NCBI GenBank assembly: GCA_037968415.1
Contig: JBBKVM010000014.1
Span: 11,954-75,953, forward strand
Direction: 5' to 3'
Source: Bacteroidia bacterium
GTDB taxonomy: Bacteria; Bacteroidota; Bacteroidia; AKYH767-A; JBBKVM01
Length of the DNA stretch: 64,000 bases
Each line of letters opens with the position of its first letter. Positions within the stretch are counted from its first letter, which is position 1. Below the pieces are notes generated by a model. That model saw nothing but the letters and a program-made list of their open reading frames with translations, searched no databases and had not been told where the DNA came from. The translations under genes and the position numbers were made by a program. Of the stretch, positions 19,324 to 29,600 are shown one piece after another.

Positions 19324-19875
19324 ATGATATTACCCATTATCTCATATGGTCACCCGGTGCTTCGCAAGAAGGCAGAACGCGTAACTAAGGATTATAAAGA
19401 TATCGACCTCATCATTGCAAACATGTACGATACCATGTACCATGCAAGTGGTGTGGGTTTGGCTGCGCCACAAGTGGGTTTGGCCATTCGTATATTTGTG
19501 GTGGATGGCGCTGCATTTGAAGAAGATGAAGTGGCAAGTTTTAAAAAGACTTTTATCAATCCGGAGATAATTGAGGAGTCGGGTGATGCGTGGAAATTCA
19601 ATGAAGGCTGCCTTAGTATACCAGGTATTCGCGAAGATGTAAACCGACTCCCGGAAATTACTTTGCAATATCAGGATGAAGAATTCAATGAACACACGGA
19701 AACATTCAAAGGAATGGCTGCCCGCATCATTCAACATGAGTACGATCACATTGAAGGGGTATTGTTTACTGACCATATTTCACCGCTGCGCAGAAGATTG
19801 CTGAAAAAGAAACTTACCGACATCACCAAAGGCAAAGTTGATGTAGATTACAGAATGAAATTCCCACAATCCTAA
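19324..19875 (+). CDS. def: Peptide deformylase
   Basis: GVGLAAPQVG, EGCLSIPG and QHEYDHIEG motifs. Start chosen at MILPIISYG. Confidence 0.92.
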   Translation: MILPIISYGHPVLRKKAERVTKDYKDIDLIIANMYDTMYHASGVGLAAPQVGLAIRIFVVDGAAFEEDEVASFKKTFINPEIIEESGDAWKFNEGCLSIPGIREDVNRLPEITLQYQDEEFNEHTETFKGMAARIIQHEYDHIEGVLFTDHISPLRRRLLKKKLTDITKGKVDVDYRMKFPQS

Positions 19876-19888
19876 TATATTTGCTTCC

Positions 19889-20401
19889 ATGAAAAATGTA
19901 TCTATCGCTTTTTGTTTATTGGTGTTAATAGCCTGCACCAATACGCGTGTCAAACAAGAGAATGCCATTAACGAAATGGAGAAAACGGTTTATTCGGATT
20001 CTACAGGCCGGTTAGATCCTGCTGTGGCGGCTAAACTTGTGGATGATTACATGGCATTTGTCGATGCATATCGCAATGATTCGGTGTCAGCAAGATATTT
20101 GTTCAAAGCTGCCGAACTGGCTTCTGGGCTAGGAAAGAACGAACGCGCACTCGAACTTTTTGCAAGGTATTGCGGAGAGTACCCCGAAACCGAAAAAGCT
20201 CCAGTAGCACTGTTCCTGCAAGGTTTCATTTACGATGACCAACTTAAGGAATTTGGTCAGGCGGATAAGTTTTACACGGAGTTTCTTGAAAAATATCCAC
20301 AACACTCATTAGCCAATGATGTGGCTGTACTTAAACGAAATTTGGGTAAATCTGATGAAGAGTTGATTCGTGAATTTGAAGAACAAATGAAAATTCAGTA
20401 A
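19889..20401 (+). CDS. Hypothetical lipoprotein (helical, TPR-like)
   Basis: Lipobox LIACTN. 170 aa, helical composition. Confidence 0.55.
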   Translation: MKNVSIAFCLLVLIACTNTRVKQENAINEMEKTVYSDSTGRLDPAVAAKLVDDYMAFVDAYRNDSVSARYLFKAAELASGLGKNERALELFARYCGEYPETEKAPVALFLQGFIYDDQLKEFGQADKFYTEFLEKYPQHSLANDVAVLKRNLGKSDEELIREFEEQMKIQ

Positions 20402-20405
20402 CCGT

Positions 20406-21203
20406 TTATTTAAACTGTTCAGCTAGAATTTTTTCCAGTTCTTCTACAGATAAGTTTGTTTTGATGTGACCTTCTGAAGCAAAACTTATCTCCCCGGTTT
20501 CTTCCGAAACGACCACTGCCACCGCATCGCTGTGTTCAGTAATTCCAATGGCCGCCCTATGGCGCATGCCAAGGCGTGCCGGCAGCTCTGTGTTTTCAGT
20601 AACGGGTAGCACACAGCGGGCCGCTTTTATCCTATTGTTTGCGATGATGATGGCACCATCATGCAACGGGTTGTTTTTGAAGAAAATACTCTCGATCAAT
20701 CGTTTGGAAACTGCTGCATCCATGATGTCGCCTGTGCCGCTGTAAAATTTTAACTCGGAGGAGCGTGCAAGCACAATGATGGCGCCCGTTTTATTTTTAG
20801 ACATGTTATTGCATGCCTTCACCACGGCCGAAAAATTTTCGTTGCGCGGTTGTGTCAGCTGCCAATTCCAGGGTAACAATTGCTTGGTGATGCTATTGCG
20901 TGAAATAAAACTATTGGTGCCTAACACAATGAGGAACCTACGCACTTCCTGCTGAAATACGATTATCAGTGCGATCATACCCACGCCAATAAACTGCCCA
21001 AGCAATGTGCCTAGCATTTGCATATTGAGCACTTTCACAAACAACCACCACAATATGTAGATTGACAACAATCCTATAAAAATATTGATGGCCACTCCAC
21101 CGCGCAGTAATTGGTAAAGCTTATAAAGAAGAAAAGCCACAATCATGATGTCGATAATATCGAGCAACCTGACCGTGAGAAAACCAATCTTGAACAATTC
21201 CAT
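20406..21203 (-). CDS. cdaA: Diadenylate cyclase (c-di-AMP synthase) CdaA/DacA
   Basis: N-terminal TM helices and a DisA_N domain with DGA and RHRAAIG motifs. Confidence 0.9.
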   Translation of the reverse strand: MELFKIGFLTVRLLDIIDIMIVAFLLYKLYQLLRGGVAINIFIGLLSIYILWWLFVKVLNMQMLGTLLGQFIGVGMIALIIVFQQEVRRFLIVLGTNSFISRNSITKQLLPWNWQLTQPRNENFSAVVKACNNMSKNKTGAIIVLARSSELKFYSGTGDIMDAAVSKRLIESIFFKNNPLHDGAIIIANNRIKAARCVLPVTENTELPARLGMRHRAAIGITEHSDAVAVVVSEETGEISFASEGHIKTNLSVEELEKILAEQFK

Positions 21204-21244
21204 GTGTAAAGCGCTGTGGCTATAAATTATTTGTCACGGTGAAA

Positions 21245-22117
21245 TTATACTTTCTGCATGTACTTTACAATGTGGATAGCTTCCAGCGCTTCTTTCACAT
21301 CGTGCACACGCAGTATGGCCGCACCCTTTTGCAAAGCTAGCGTATTCAATATGGTTGTGCCATTCAACGCTTCTGCCGGAGTGGTCCCCAAAACCTTGTT
21401 GATCATCGATTTGCGCGATATTCCCACCATGACCAGCAGATCAAAAATCTGAAACCGGGTGAGCGATTCCATCAGCATGTAGTTGTGATCCACCGTTTTG
21501 CCAAACCCAAATCCCGGATCGATGATAATGTCGTTGATGCCTGCGCTGCGGGCAGCCTGCACCCGCTCTATGAAAAAATTAATCACTTCTTCGGTTACAT
21601 TTTCAAATTGGGGATCTTTAGCCATGGTCTGCGGGGTGCCTTGCATGTGCATCATAATGAAAGGCATTTGCATACGGGCAGCGGTGGCCAGCATGCGCTC
21701 ATCTGCTGTGCCTGCGGAAATATCGTTAATTATATCTGCCCCGGCCTGTGCTGCAGCTTCGGCCACCGTGGCGTGCACCGTATCAATTGAAATGAAAGTG
21801 TCCGGAAAATATTTTTTAATCAGCGCAATGGCCGGTAGCACGCGCGCTTGTTCCTCATCCACGCTCACTGCAGAAGCTCCAGGCCTTGAAGAAGCCCCGC
21901 CCACATCCAATATAGTGGCGCCCTCTGAAATCATTTTGTGCGCTCTCGCCAGCAGCGTGTCGGCATCAGGAAGTTGGCCACCATCGTAAAACGAATCAGG
22001 TGTCAAATTCAATATCCCCATCACCACCGGACCATCCAATACGAGTACCCGCCCACGGCAGTTCAGGGTCACTTGTCTGCAAAATAATGTATCTTTCGAG
22101 CTGTATTTACGATGCAT
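21245..22117 (-). CDS. folP: Dihydropteroate synthase
   Basis: GILNLTPDSFYDGG pterin-binding motif. Start ambiguous between M at 22117 and downstream codons. Confidence 0.9.
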   Translation of the reverse strand: MHRKYSSKDTLFCRQVTLNCRGRVLVLDGPVVMGILNLTPDSFYDGGQLPDADTLLARAHKMISEGATILDVGGASSRPGASAVSVDEEQARVLPAIALIKKYFPDTFISIDTVHATVAEAAAQAGADIINDISAGTADERMLATAARMQMPFIMMHMQGTPQTMAKDPQFENVTEEVINFFIERVQAARSAGINDIIIDPGFGFGKTVDHNYMLMESLTRFQIFDLLVMVGISRKSMINKVLGTTPAEALNGTTILNTLALQKGAAILRVHDVKEALEAIHIVKYMQKV

Positions 22118-22696
22118 AAAACTGCCGGTAATATTATGGTTATGAACACCTCAGTGCAATACGAAAAAGCGGTTGCCACTTGCAAAGATATTTTTATTAA
22201 AAAAATGCAGGATTATGGCACTGCATGGCGGGTGCTGCGGGTAAGTTCAATCACCGACCAAATTTTTATCAAAGCCCAACGTGTGCGCAGTATTGAAGAC
22301 AAAGGAGCGCAGCGTGTGGCCGAAGGTGTAGTGCCAGAGTATATTGGCATTGTGAATTATGCCGTAATCGCGCTCATACAAATAGAGCTGGGTGCGGGCG
22401 AGGAATTGGAAATGCCATCATCGAAAGTTACCGCCTACTACGATAAGATTGTGAAAGAAGCCTGGAGACTGATGGACGACAAAAACCACGATTATGACGA
22501 AGCGTGGAGGCAGATGCGTGTGAGCTCATTCACCGATCTGATCCTGATGAAACTACTTCGCATCAAACAAATAGAAGACAATAGCGGCAAAACTGTTGTT
22601 TCGGAAGGTGTGGCTGCAAATTATCACGACATTATCAATTATGCCATGTTTGCACTCATTCGGTTGGCCGAACAATCAGAAACTCAACAAAATTAA
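22112..22696 (+). CDS. DUF1599-family protein (two internal DUF1599 repeats)
   Basis: The motif DYGTAWRVLRVSSITDQIFIKAQRVRSIEDKG recurs as DYDEAWRQMRVSSFTDLILMKLLRIKQIEDNSG. The true start may be M at 22136 or 22142. Confidence 0.75.
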   Translation: MHKTAGNIMVMNTSVQYEKAVATCKDIFIKKMQDYGTAWRVLRVSSITDQIFIKAQRVRSIEDKGAQRVAEGVVPEYIGIVNYAVIALIQIELGAGEELEMPSSKVTAYYDKIVKEAWRLMDDKNHDYDEAWRQMRVSSFTDLILMKLLRIKQIEDNSGKTVVSEGVAANYHDIINYAMFALIRLAEQSETQQN

Positions 22697-22719
22697 TTTC
22701 CTGAACCTTAAGATAACTG

Positions 22720-23838
22720 ATGAAAGCACTCACATTCATAAGCCGAATTATTGTCGGATTACTTTTTATCATTTCCGGATTGATCAAAGCCAACGACCCA
22801 TTGGGCTTTTCTTACAAACTGGATGAATATTTTGAAGTCTTCCACATGGATTGGATGAGTGCCATCTCGCTTCAGATGGCCATGTTCATAAGTGTGATAG
22901 AAATTGTATTGGGTATGGCCGTTCTGGTAGGCGTGTACATGAATGCCACCGCCTGGGCGCTGCTCTTGATGATTTTATTTTTTACATGGCTCACTGGTTA
23001 TTCGGCCATCACTGGCAAGGTAACAGACTGTGGTTGCTTTGGCGATGCCATCAAACTCACACCCAAAGAATCTTTTTATAAAGATCTGGTGCTGTTGTTT
23101 TTTATACTCATCATATTTGTTAGACGTAATGTGATAGAGCCATTGTTGACGGCAAAAGTGGGCAAGGGCCTAGTAGCTGTTTCACTTGTTTTGGCCGCCT
23201 GGTTTACGATACATTGTTTCAATCATTTGCCAGTAAAAGACTTCAGACCTTATGCCATCGGGAAAAATATTCCGGAGCAAATGAAGTATCCCGAAGGTGC
23301 GCAAAAGCCGGAGTATAAAACAATGTTGATTTATGAGAAAGATGGTGTAGAGAAAGAGTTCACAATGGAAGACTATCCATGGGATGATAGCACTTGGGTG
23401 TGGAAGGACACAAAAAATATTTTAGTGAAAGAAGGCTACAAATTGCCGATCACAGATTTTTCTATTACTGATGCGGATGGTGTAGATCACACGCAAGATG
23501 TGCTCGATGATCAAGAGTATAATTTTGTTGTAGTGGCTTACAACCTTGAAAAAAGCAACTTGAAAATTCAACCCGCCCTCTCCGCATTTGCGCAAGCCGC
23601 AGAAGCCAAAGGCTTTCATTTCATAGGTCTCACGGCAACCAATGCTGACCAAACAGAAGCATTCAGACACACACATCAGGCCGCATACCCGTATTATTTC
23701 TCAGATGCTACATTACTCAAGACCATTATCCGATCGAATCCTGGTTTGGTGTTGCTCAAAGGGGGCACTATAATAGACATGTGGCATCACAATGACTTGC
23801 CTACCTTCGAAGAGTTTAGTGCCAAGTATTTGAAATAG
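22720..23838 (+). CDS. DoxX/MauE-like membrane domain fused to a C-terminal thioredoxin-fold (TlpA-like, no CXXC) domain
   Basis: Four TM helices with a TDCGCFG motif, then a soluble alpha/beta domain. Confidence 0.55.
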   Translation: MKALTFISRIIVGLLFIISGLIKANDPLGFSYKLDEYFEVFHMDWMSAISLQMAMFISVIEIVLGMAVLVGVYMNATAWALLLMILFFTWLTGYSAITGKVTDCGCFGDAIKLTPKESFYKDLVLLFFILIIFVRRNVIEPLLTAKVGKGLVAVSLVLAAWFTIHCFNHLPVKDFRPYAIGKNIPEQMKYPEGAQKPEYKTMLIYEKDGVEKEFTMEDYPWDDSTWVWKDTKNILVKEGYKLPITDFSITDADGVDHTQDVLDDQEYNFVVVAYNLEKSNLKIQPALSAFAQAAEAKGFHFIGLTATNADQTEAFRHTHQAAYPYYFSDATLLKTIIRSNPGLVLLKGGTIIDMWHHNDLPTFEEFSAKYLK

Positions 23839-23857
23839 GTCAACCAGGTTAAATGGC

Positions 23858-24931
23858 GTGATCAACTTTATCACAAAAAGACTGTTGTACGGATTTCTGG
23901 TTTTGCTGGGAGTGGTCACCATTGTGTTTTTTCTTTTTAATGTGCTGCCGGGTGATCCTGCCCGTATGATGCTTGGCCAGCGCGCGGATGTATCTTCTAT
24001 TGAAGCCATTAACAAAGAATTAGGGCGCGACAAACCTTTACTCACACAGTTTGCACTTTATGTCAATGACCTATCGCCATTGTCTGTCCACCGCACCGAT
24101 TCATTGTCGTCTACATTTCTTTCGGATGAAAAATATGGTGCACACTTGCAAATGATGCAAATTGGTGGTTTGGCATTCGCCCTCAAGAAACCATACTTGC
24201 GCAGATCTTATCAATCTAAGCAAAAAGTAACCGAAGTGTTGGCCGAGGCGTTTCCCGGCACGGCTGTGCTGGCTATTTCATCATTGGTGCTTGCCACAAT
24301 ACTGGGTATCATTCTTGGCGTGATTGCCGCACTCTTCAAAAACCGATGGCCCGATGTGCTGTCACTCATATTCGCGGTGCTCGGAATGTCAGTGCCCAGT
24401 TTTTTTGCTGGTATCATCATAGCCTGGTTGTTTGGGTATGTGCTGAGCGATTATACTGGTCTCAACATGACAGGCAGTCTTTATCGCATCAGCCCGTTTA
24501 AAGGAGAAGTACTTGAACTCAAGAATTTAATTTTGCCTTCCCTTGTGCTTGGCCTGCGCCCATTGTCAATCATTGTGCAGCTTACCCGTAGTTCTATGCT
24601 GGAGGTGCTTTCCAAGGACTACATACGTACCGCGCGGTCCAAAGGGCTCTCGCGCAATACAATCATCTACAAACATGCATTGAAAAACGCTCTCAACCCC
24701 GTGCTCACAGCCGTTTCAGGTTGGCTTGGTTCGTTGCTGGCCGGGGCTGTTTTTGTAGAATATATATTTGGGTGGAAAGGCATCGGCAAAACAACGGTAG
24801 ATGCGCTGGAAAAATATGACTTTCCTGTGGTGATGGGAGCTGTGCTTTTTGTGGCGGTAATATTTGTGGTGATTAATATTTTTGTTGACATACTTTACGG
24901 ATTTCTTGATCCGCGCGTAAGGGTTAAATAG
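23858..24931 (+). CDS. ABC transporter permease (DppB/OppB-type), orphan
   Basis: N-terminal RLLYGFLVLLGV and an EAA-like loop (…DYIRTARSKGLSRNTIIYKHALKNAL…). No ATPase or SBP adjacent. Confidence 0.85.
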   Translation: MINFITKRLLYGFLVLLGVVTIVFFLFNVLPGDPARMMLGQRADVSSIEAINKELGRDKPLLTQFALYVNDLSPLSVHRTDSLSSTFLSDEKYGAHLQMMQIGGLAFALKKPYLRRSYQSKQKVTEVLAEAFPGTAVLAISSLVLATILGIILGVIAALFKNRWPDVLSLIFAVLGMSVPSFFAGIIIAWLFGYVLSDYTGLNMTGSLYRISPFKGEVLELKNLILPSLVLGLRPLSIIVQLTRSSMLEVLSKDYIRTARSKGLSRNTIIYKHALKNALNPVLTAVSGWLGSLLAGAVFVEYIFGWKGIGKTTVDALEKYDFPVVMGAVLFVAVIFVVINIFVDILYGFLDPRVRVK

Positions 24932-24934
24932 ACT

Positions 24935-25702
24935 ATGAAAAGAAAAAAAATTATAGCCGGTAACTGGAAAATGAATCTTGATTATTTCGAAGCCATGAAA
25001 CTGGTAGCTGAAATAAAGGGGATGGTGGATAGTGAAGTGAGGAATGAAGTATCGGTGATTCTTTTTCCACCACATGTTTACTTACACAGTGTGGTGCAAC
25101 AAGTGAAAGGGTTTGATAAGGTGCAGGTGGGTGCCCAGGATTGCAGCGCTAATGCAGGCGGAGCATTCACAGGTGAAGTATCTGCTGCCATGGTGGCGGC
25201 TGTGGGCGGCAGCCACGTGTTAATCGGACATTCTGAGCGAAGGAAATATTTTAATGAAGATGCACAGCTTTTGTCACAAAAATTAGAGCAGGCAATGGCG
25301 CATGGGCTTACACCTGTTTTTTGTTGTGGTGAAGATGAGCACGATCGCGCCAGCGGCAATTATTTTCGGAAGATAGCGCAGCAACTGGAAGAAGTAATCA
25401 TGAAACTGCCTGCTGACCAAGTTGCCAAAATGGTGATTGCATACGAACCTGTGTGGGCCATCGGCACAGGCCTAACTGCCACACCCGCGCAAGCCGGAGA
25501 AGTGCATTTGCATATCAGAAACTTGTTGGCTGCCACTTATAGCGAACCATTAGCAGAAAGCATGACATTGCTATATGGTGGGAGCTGCAATGCAGCCAAT
25601 GCGCAGGCCCTTTTTGGCACTCAGGGCATTGATGGCGGCTTAATTGGAGGCGCATCATTAAAATCAAGAGAATTTGTTGATATTGTCAAAATGTTGGCTT
25701 AA
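24935..25702 (+). CDS. tpiA: Triosephosphate isomerase
   Basis: GNWKMN, IGHSERR and YEPVWAIGTG motifs. Confidence 0.93.
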   Translation: MKRKKIIAGNWKMNLDYFEAMKLVAEIKGMVDSEVRNEVSVILFPPHVYLHSVVQQVKGFDKVQVGAQDCSANAGGAFTGEVSAAMVAAVGGSHVLIGHSERRKYFNEDAQLLSQKLEQAMAHGLTPVFCCGEDEHDRASGNYFRKIAQQLEEVIMKLPADQVAKMVIAYEPVWAIGTGLTATPAQAGEVHLHIRNLLAATYSEPLAESMTLLYGGSCNAANAQALFGTQGIDGGLIGGASLKSREFVDIVKMLA

Positions 25703-25710
25703 TTTAGGTT

Positions 25711-26565
25711 ATGGATTATATCGAGCTTGATATCACGTTTGACAAAACAAAACCGTTTCACGACATATTGTATGCCGAGCTTGCCAGTGTGGGCTTCGAA
25801 TCTTTTACACACACCGATGACGGTATCAAGGCATACATCCCCAGCGATAAATTTGATTCCACTTTATTGAATGATCTGCATTTTTTGTCGCACAACAAAA
25901 GTGAACTGACCATGAAAGAAACCTTGATAGGCCACCGCAACTGGAACGCTGAATGGGAGCAAAGTTTTCAGCCTGTAAATATTGAAGACAAAGTTTACAT
26001 ACGCGCACCATTTCATCCTGAGTATCCGGGTAGTATTTGCGAAATTATTATTGAACCCAAAATGGCCTTTGGCACAGGGCATCACGAAACCACAGCACTC
26101 ATGATACGCCAAATGCTGGACATGGATTTGGAAGGCAAACGGGTGGCTGACATAGGCTGCGGCACAGGCATACTGGCTATATATGCAGCCAAATGCAACG
26201 CAGCATCTGTCAAGGCTATTGATGTGGATCAATGGGCATGCAACATTGCCGAGGAGAATGCAATCATTAACAAAGTGGACAATATCGAGGTCATGCACGG
26301 TGACATTACATTGCTGCAAGGCCAAAAGTTTGATTTAATTCTTGCCAACATCAACCGTAACATATTGGTAGACGACATGCCGGCATTGAGTGATTGTCTT
26401 GCCGAAAAAGGAGTGATCGTACTAAGTGGCTTTTACGAGCCCGATGAAATTATTATATCTCAAAGCGCATTGAAGTCAGGATTGCTGCGAAAAAAAATAG
26501 TGCAGGAAAACGATTGGCTGTCGGCATTGTATGCGCATCAAACAGTATCCGAACAAATTAGTTAA
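25711..26565 (+). CDS. prmA: Ribosomal protein L11 methyltransferase
   Basis: SAM motif DIGCGTGILAI and PrmA N-terminal domain. Confidence 0.9.
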   Translation: MDYIELDITFDKTKPFHDILYAELASVGFESFTHTDDGIKAYIPSDKFDSTLLNDLHFLSHNKSELTMKETLIGHRNWNAEWEQSFQPVNIEDKVYIRAPFHPEYPGSICEIIIEPKMAFGTGHHETTALMIRQMLDMDLEGKRVADIGCGTGILAIYAAKCNAASVKAIDVDQWACNIAEENAIINKVDNIEVMHGDITLLQGQKFDLILANINRNILVDDMPALSDCLAEKGVIVLSGFYEPDEIIISQSALKSGLLRKKIVQENDWLSALYAHQTVSEQIS

Positions 26566-26629
26566 TTTTCCATGCAATACATGCACTCTGTGTGCGTGAT
26601 GTATGTGCAACAATTAACTTTTTCTGATT

Positions 26630-29600
26630 ATGCTTCGAACTGTATTCCCAATTCTATTTTCTGTTTGTATTTTATTAGTAAGTAGTTCACAGGCGCAAAC
26701 CATCAAAAGTTTTACGCCCGAAGCATCCAAGTATGTACAGGAACTCGAAAACTTTTTAGGTGAGACCAACAAGAAAGAAACACAAGAGATAATTGCTGTG
26801 TTCAAGCCGCTTTGGATGGGGGGTAAGTTTAGCACTGGCATGCAAGAGGCGGTATACAAAACCAGCAACGCTATGTTGGCCAAGCGCATGAAGGCGTTTC
26901 CCGATTTCGAATCGTATGTAAAAGCTATGGGCGCATATGTCCAAAGCGGGCAGGGCGAGGCAAATTTTAAAGCTTGGCACACCGCACTTGATCAATTGGT
27001 GACAGGCAAGTCGCGCACATATTCACAGTTCCTTTCCATGTCGGAAGATTTATTTACTTCCAATATTCTTTACAAATCATCTTCCACCGAGTGGGCAACC
27101 TCAGATCGTAATTACACATTTACCTACGACTCCATTCCTAAAATCACTTTTGGGAGCATGAACCTTGTGTGCCGTGCGCGAGGCGATAGTATGTTTGTAT
27201 TCAATACTTCCGGAGTGTACATGCCTACACTCGAAACCTTTTTGGGCCTTGGTGGTCGAGTCTATTGGGAAAAAGCAGGTCTTTCAAAAACGGCAGCTTA
27301 CGCTGATCTCTCAACCTACTCACTTGATGTCAGTAAGAATGATTACACGGCCGACACCGTATCGCTTTCGCTGGCCGACAGGTCTTTGTTTACCCGCGCA
27401 CTCACCGGCAAATTGCAAGACAAAATTGTGGCTAACAACACCCCCGAGCGTTCTAATTATCCCAAGTTCGAATCCTATGACTTGAGCATGGAAATAAAAA
27501 ACATTGTAAAGGACATTGATTACACTGGCGGATTTAGTTTACAAGGTGCCAAAATCTTAGGCTCGGGCACACCCGAACACAACGCTAAATTGTTCATCAA
27601 GTGGAAGGCCAAACCATTTATGGAAATTGCATCACAAAGTTTTATAATCCGTGCCGATAGGATAAGTTCTGCCAATGCATCCGTACTCATGCGTTATGGT
27701 ATTGACTCTATTTATCACCCTTCACTCGAGATGAAATACACAGTGAAAGACCGGGAGCTTTCATTGTTGACAAGCGACAATTTATCAAGTAGCCCGTATT
27801 TTGATTCGTTTCACAACCTCGATTTATATTTCGAAAGTATGGTGTGGAAAATTGACGACCCCAAAATGGATATGAAGATGATTACCGGGGCGGGTGAGAA
27901 TAAAATGGTGCTTGAATCTGAAAATTTATTTAAGGATCAACGATTCATGCGTGTACAAGGGTTGTCTTCGGTTAGCCCTTTATATGTCATCAAGCAATTT
28001 GCCGAAAAGTACAGCATGCGCGAGGTGTACATTGCCGATTTGGCAAAATATATGAAATTACCCGAACACGAGGTTCGATCGCTTATGATAATGCTTTCTA
28101 ACAATGGTTTTGTGAGTTACGATGCCGATGATCAGAAAGTAATTGTAAAAGACAGATTGTATCATTATCTGGAGGCAAAAGCGGGGAAGAAGGATTATGA
28201 TGTGATTGAGCTTGAGTCTATCATTTCGGGAATGCCCAATGCCACCATCAACCTTTTGAATTTTGATCTAGATGCGCGCGGAGTGTCTCAACTGATGTTG
28301 AGCGATTCGCAAAACGTGGTGATTTATCCAAGTGAGCAAGAGATGAACATTCACGAGAATCTTGATTTTAGTTTTGGCGGGCGCGTAAAGGCAGGTCGCT
28401 TTGATTTTTTTGGAAAAGAGTTTGATTTCAATTACGAAAGTTTCAAGTTTGACTTGAATAATGTAGACTCCTTGCGGATGAAAATCCCTGAAGATCAGCC
28501 GGGGCCCGATGGCCGCGTGCGATTGGTACCCGTGCAGAGTGTGTTGCAAAACCTAAGTGGAGATTTAAAAATTGATCACCCCGGCAATCGCTCCGGAAGA
28601 CGCAGTTCGGCCGAGTATCCTATTTTCAAAAGCGCCAAAGAATCATATGTGTATTATGACCGGTCAGATATTTATGGAGGTGTTTACAAACGCGATCGGT
28701 TTTATTTTACGTTATTGCCCTTCACCATTGATAGCCTGAACCGAATCACCAAAGAAGGAATGGTGTTTGACGGCAGTTTGGTATCAGCTGATATATTTCC
28801 GGAGTTCAAAGAGAAACTAACATTGCAACCTGATTACTCTTTAGGATTTGTACGTGAGGCTCCCGCTGCGGGCTTTCCTGCTTACAAAGGAAAAGGCAAG
28901 TACTTCAACACCATATTGTTGAGCAATGAAGGATTCAAAGGGCGTGGATACATAGAGTACTTGTCCTCAACGCTGAAATCTAAAAAGTTTACTTTTTTCC
29001 CCGACAGCACCAAGGCACTTGCAGAAGAGTTTAATGTAAAGAAAGGACCATATCAAGGCGTAGAATTTCCGGCAGTGAAAGGCCGAGAAGTGGCCGCCCT
29101 CTGGCTGCCATACTTCGATGCCATGAACGTGGTGCAGAAGAAAGATCCCATCGATTTTTTTGAAGGTCAGGCGTTGCTTGCCGGAAATCTTACCATGGCG
29201 CCTAAAGGTATCACCGCACAAGGGCTCATGACTTTCGGCCAGGCCGACCTGCAGGCCAACGTTTTTAATTTCAAGCAAAATAGTTTTGGTTCCGATACTG
29301 CTGACTTTCGGTTAAAAACTGATGATTCCGGCACTCTTGGCTTCGCAACCAAGAATGTGAAATCGAATGTCGACTTCACCAAACGACTGGGTGAGTTTAA
29401 GAGTAATGGAGGAGGTTCGTATGTGACATTTCCAGCCAACCAGTACATCTGTTATATAGACGAGGTAAAATGGTACATGGATCGCGAAGTAATTGAACTA
29501 TTGTCGCAGGCATCAAAAGGCAAAACAGGCGAAACCGGATCGGAGTTTGTTTCCATTCACCCGCTGCAAGACTCTCTCAGGTTTTTTGCGCCACTGGCCA

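Noticed and set aside
21498-21989. 163-aa and 101-aa plus-strand ORFs inside folP
   Set aside because: Antisense to a well-supported, motif-bearing DHPS gene. Alanine/serine-rich composition is typical of shadow ORFs.
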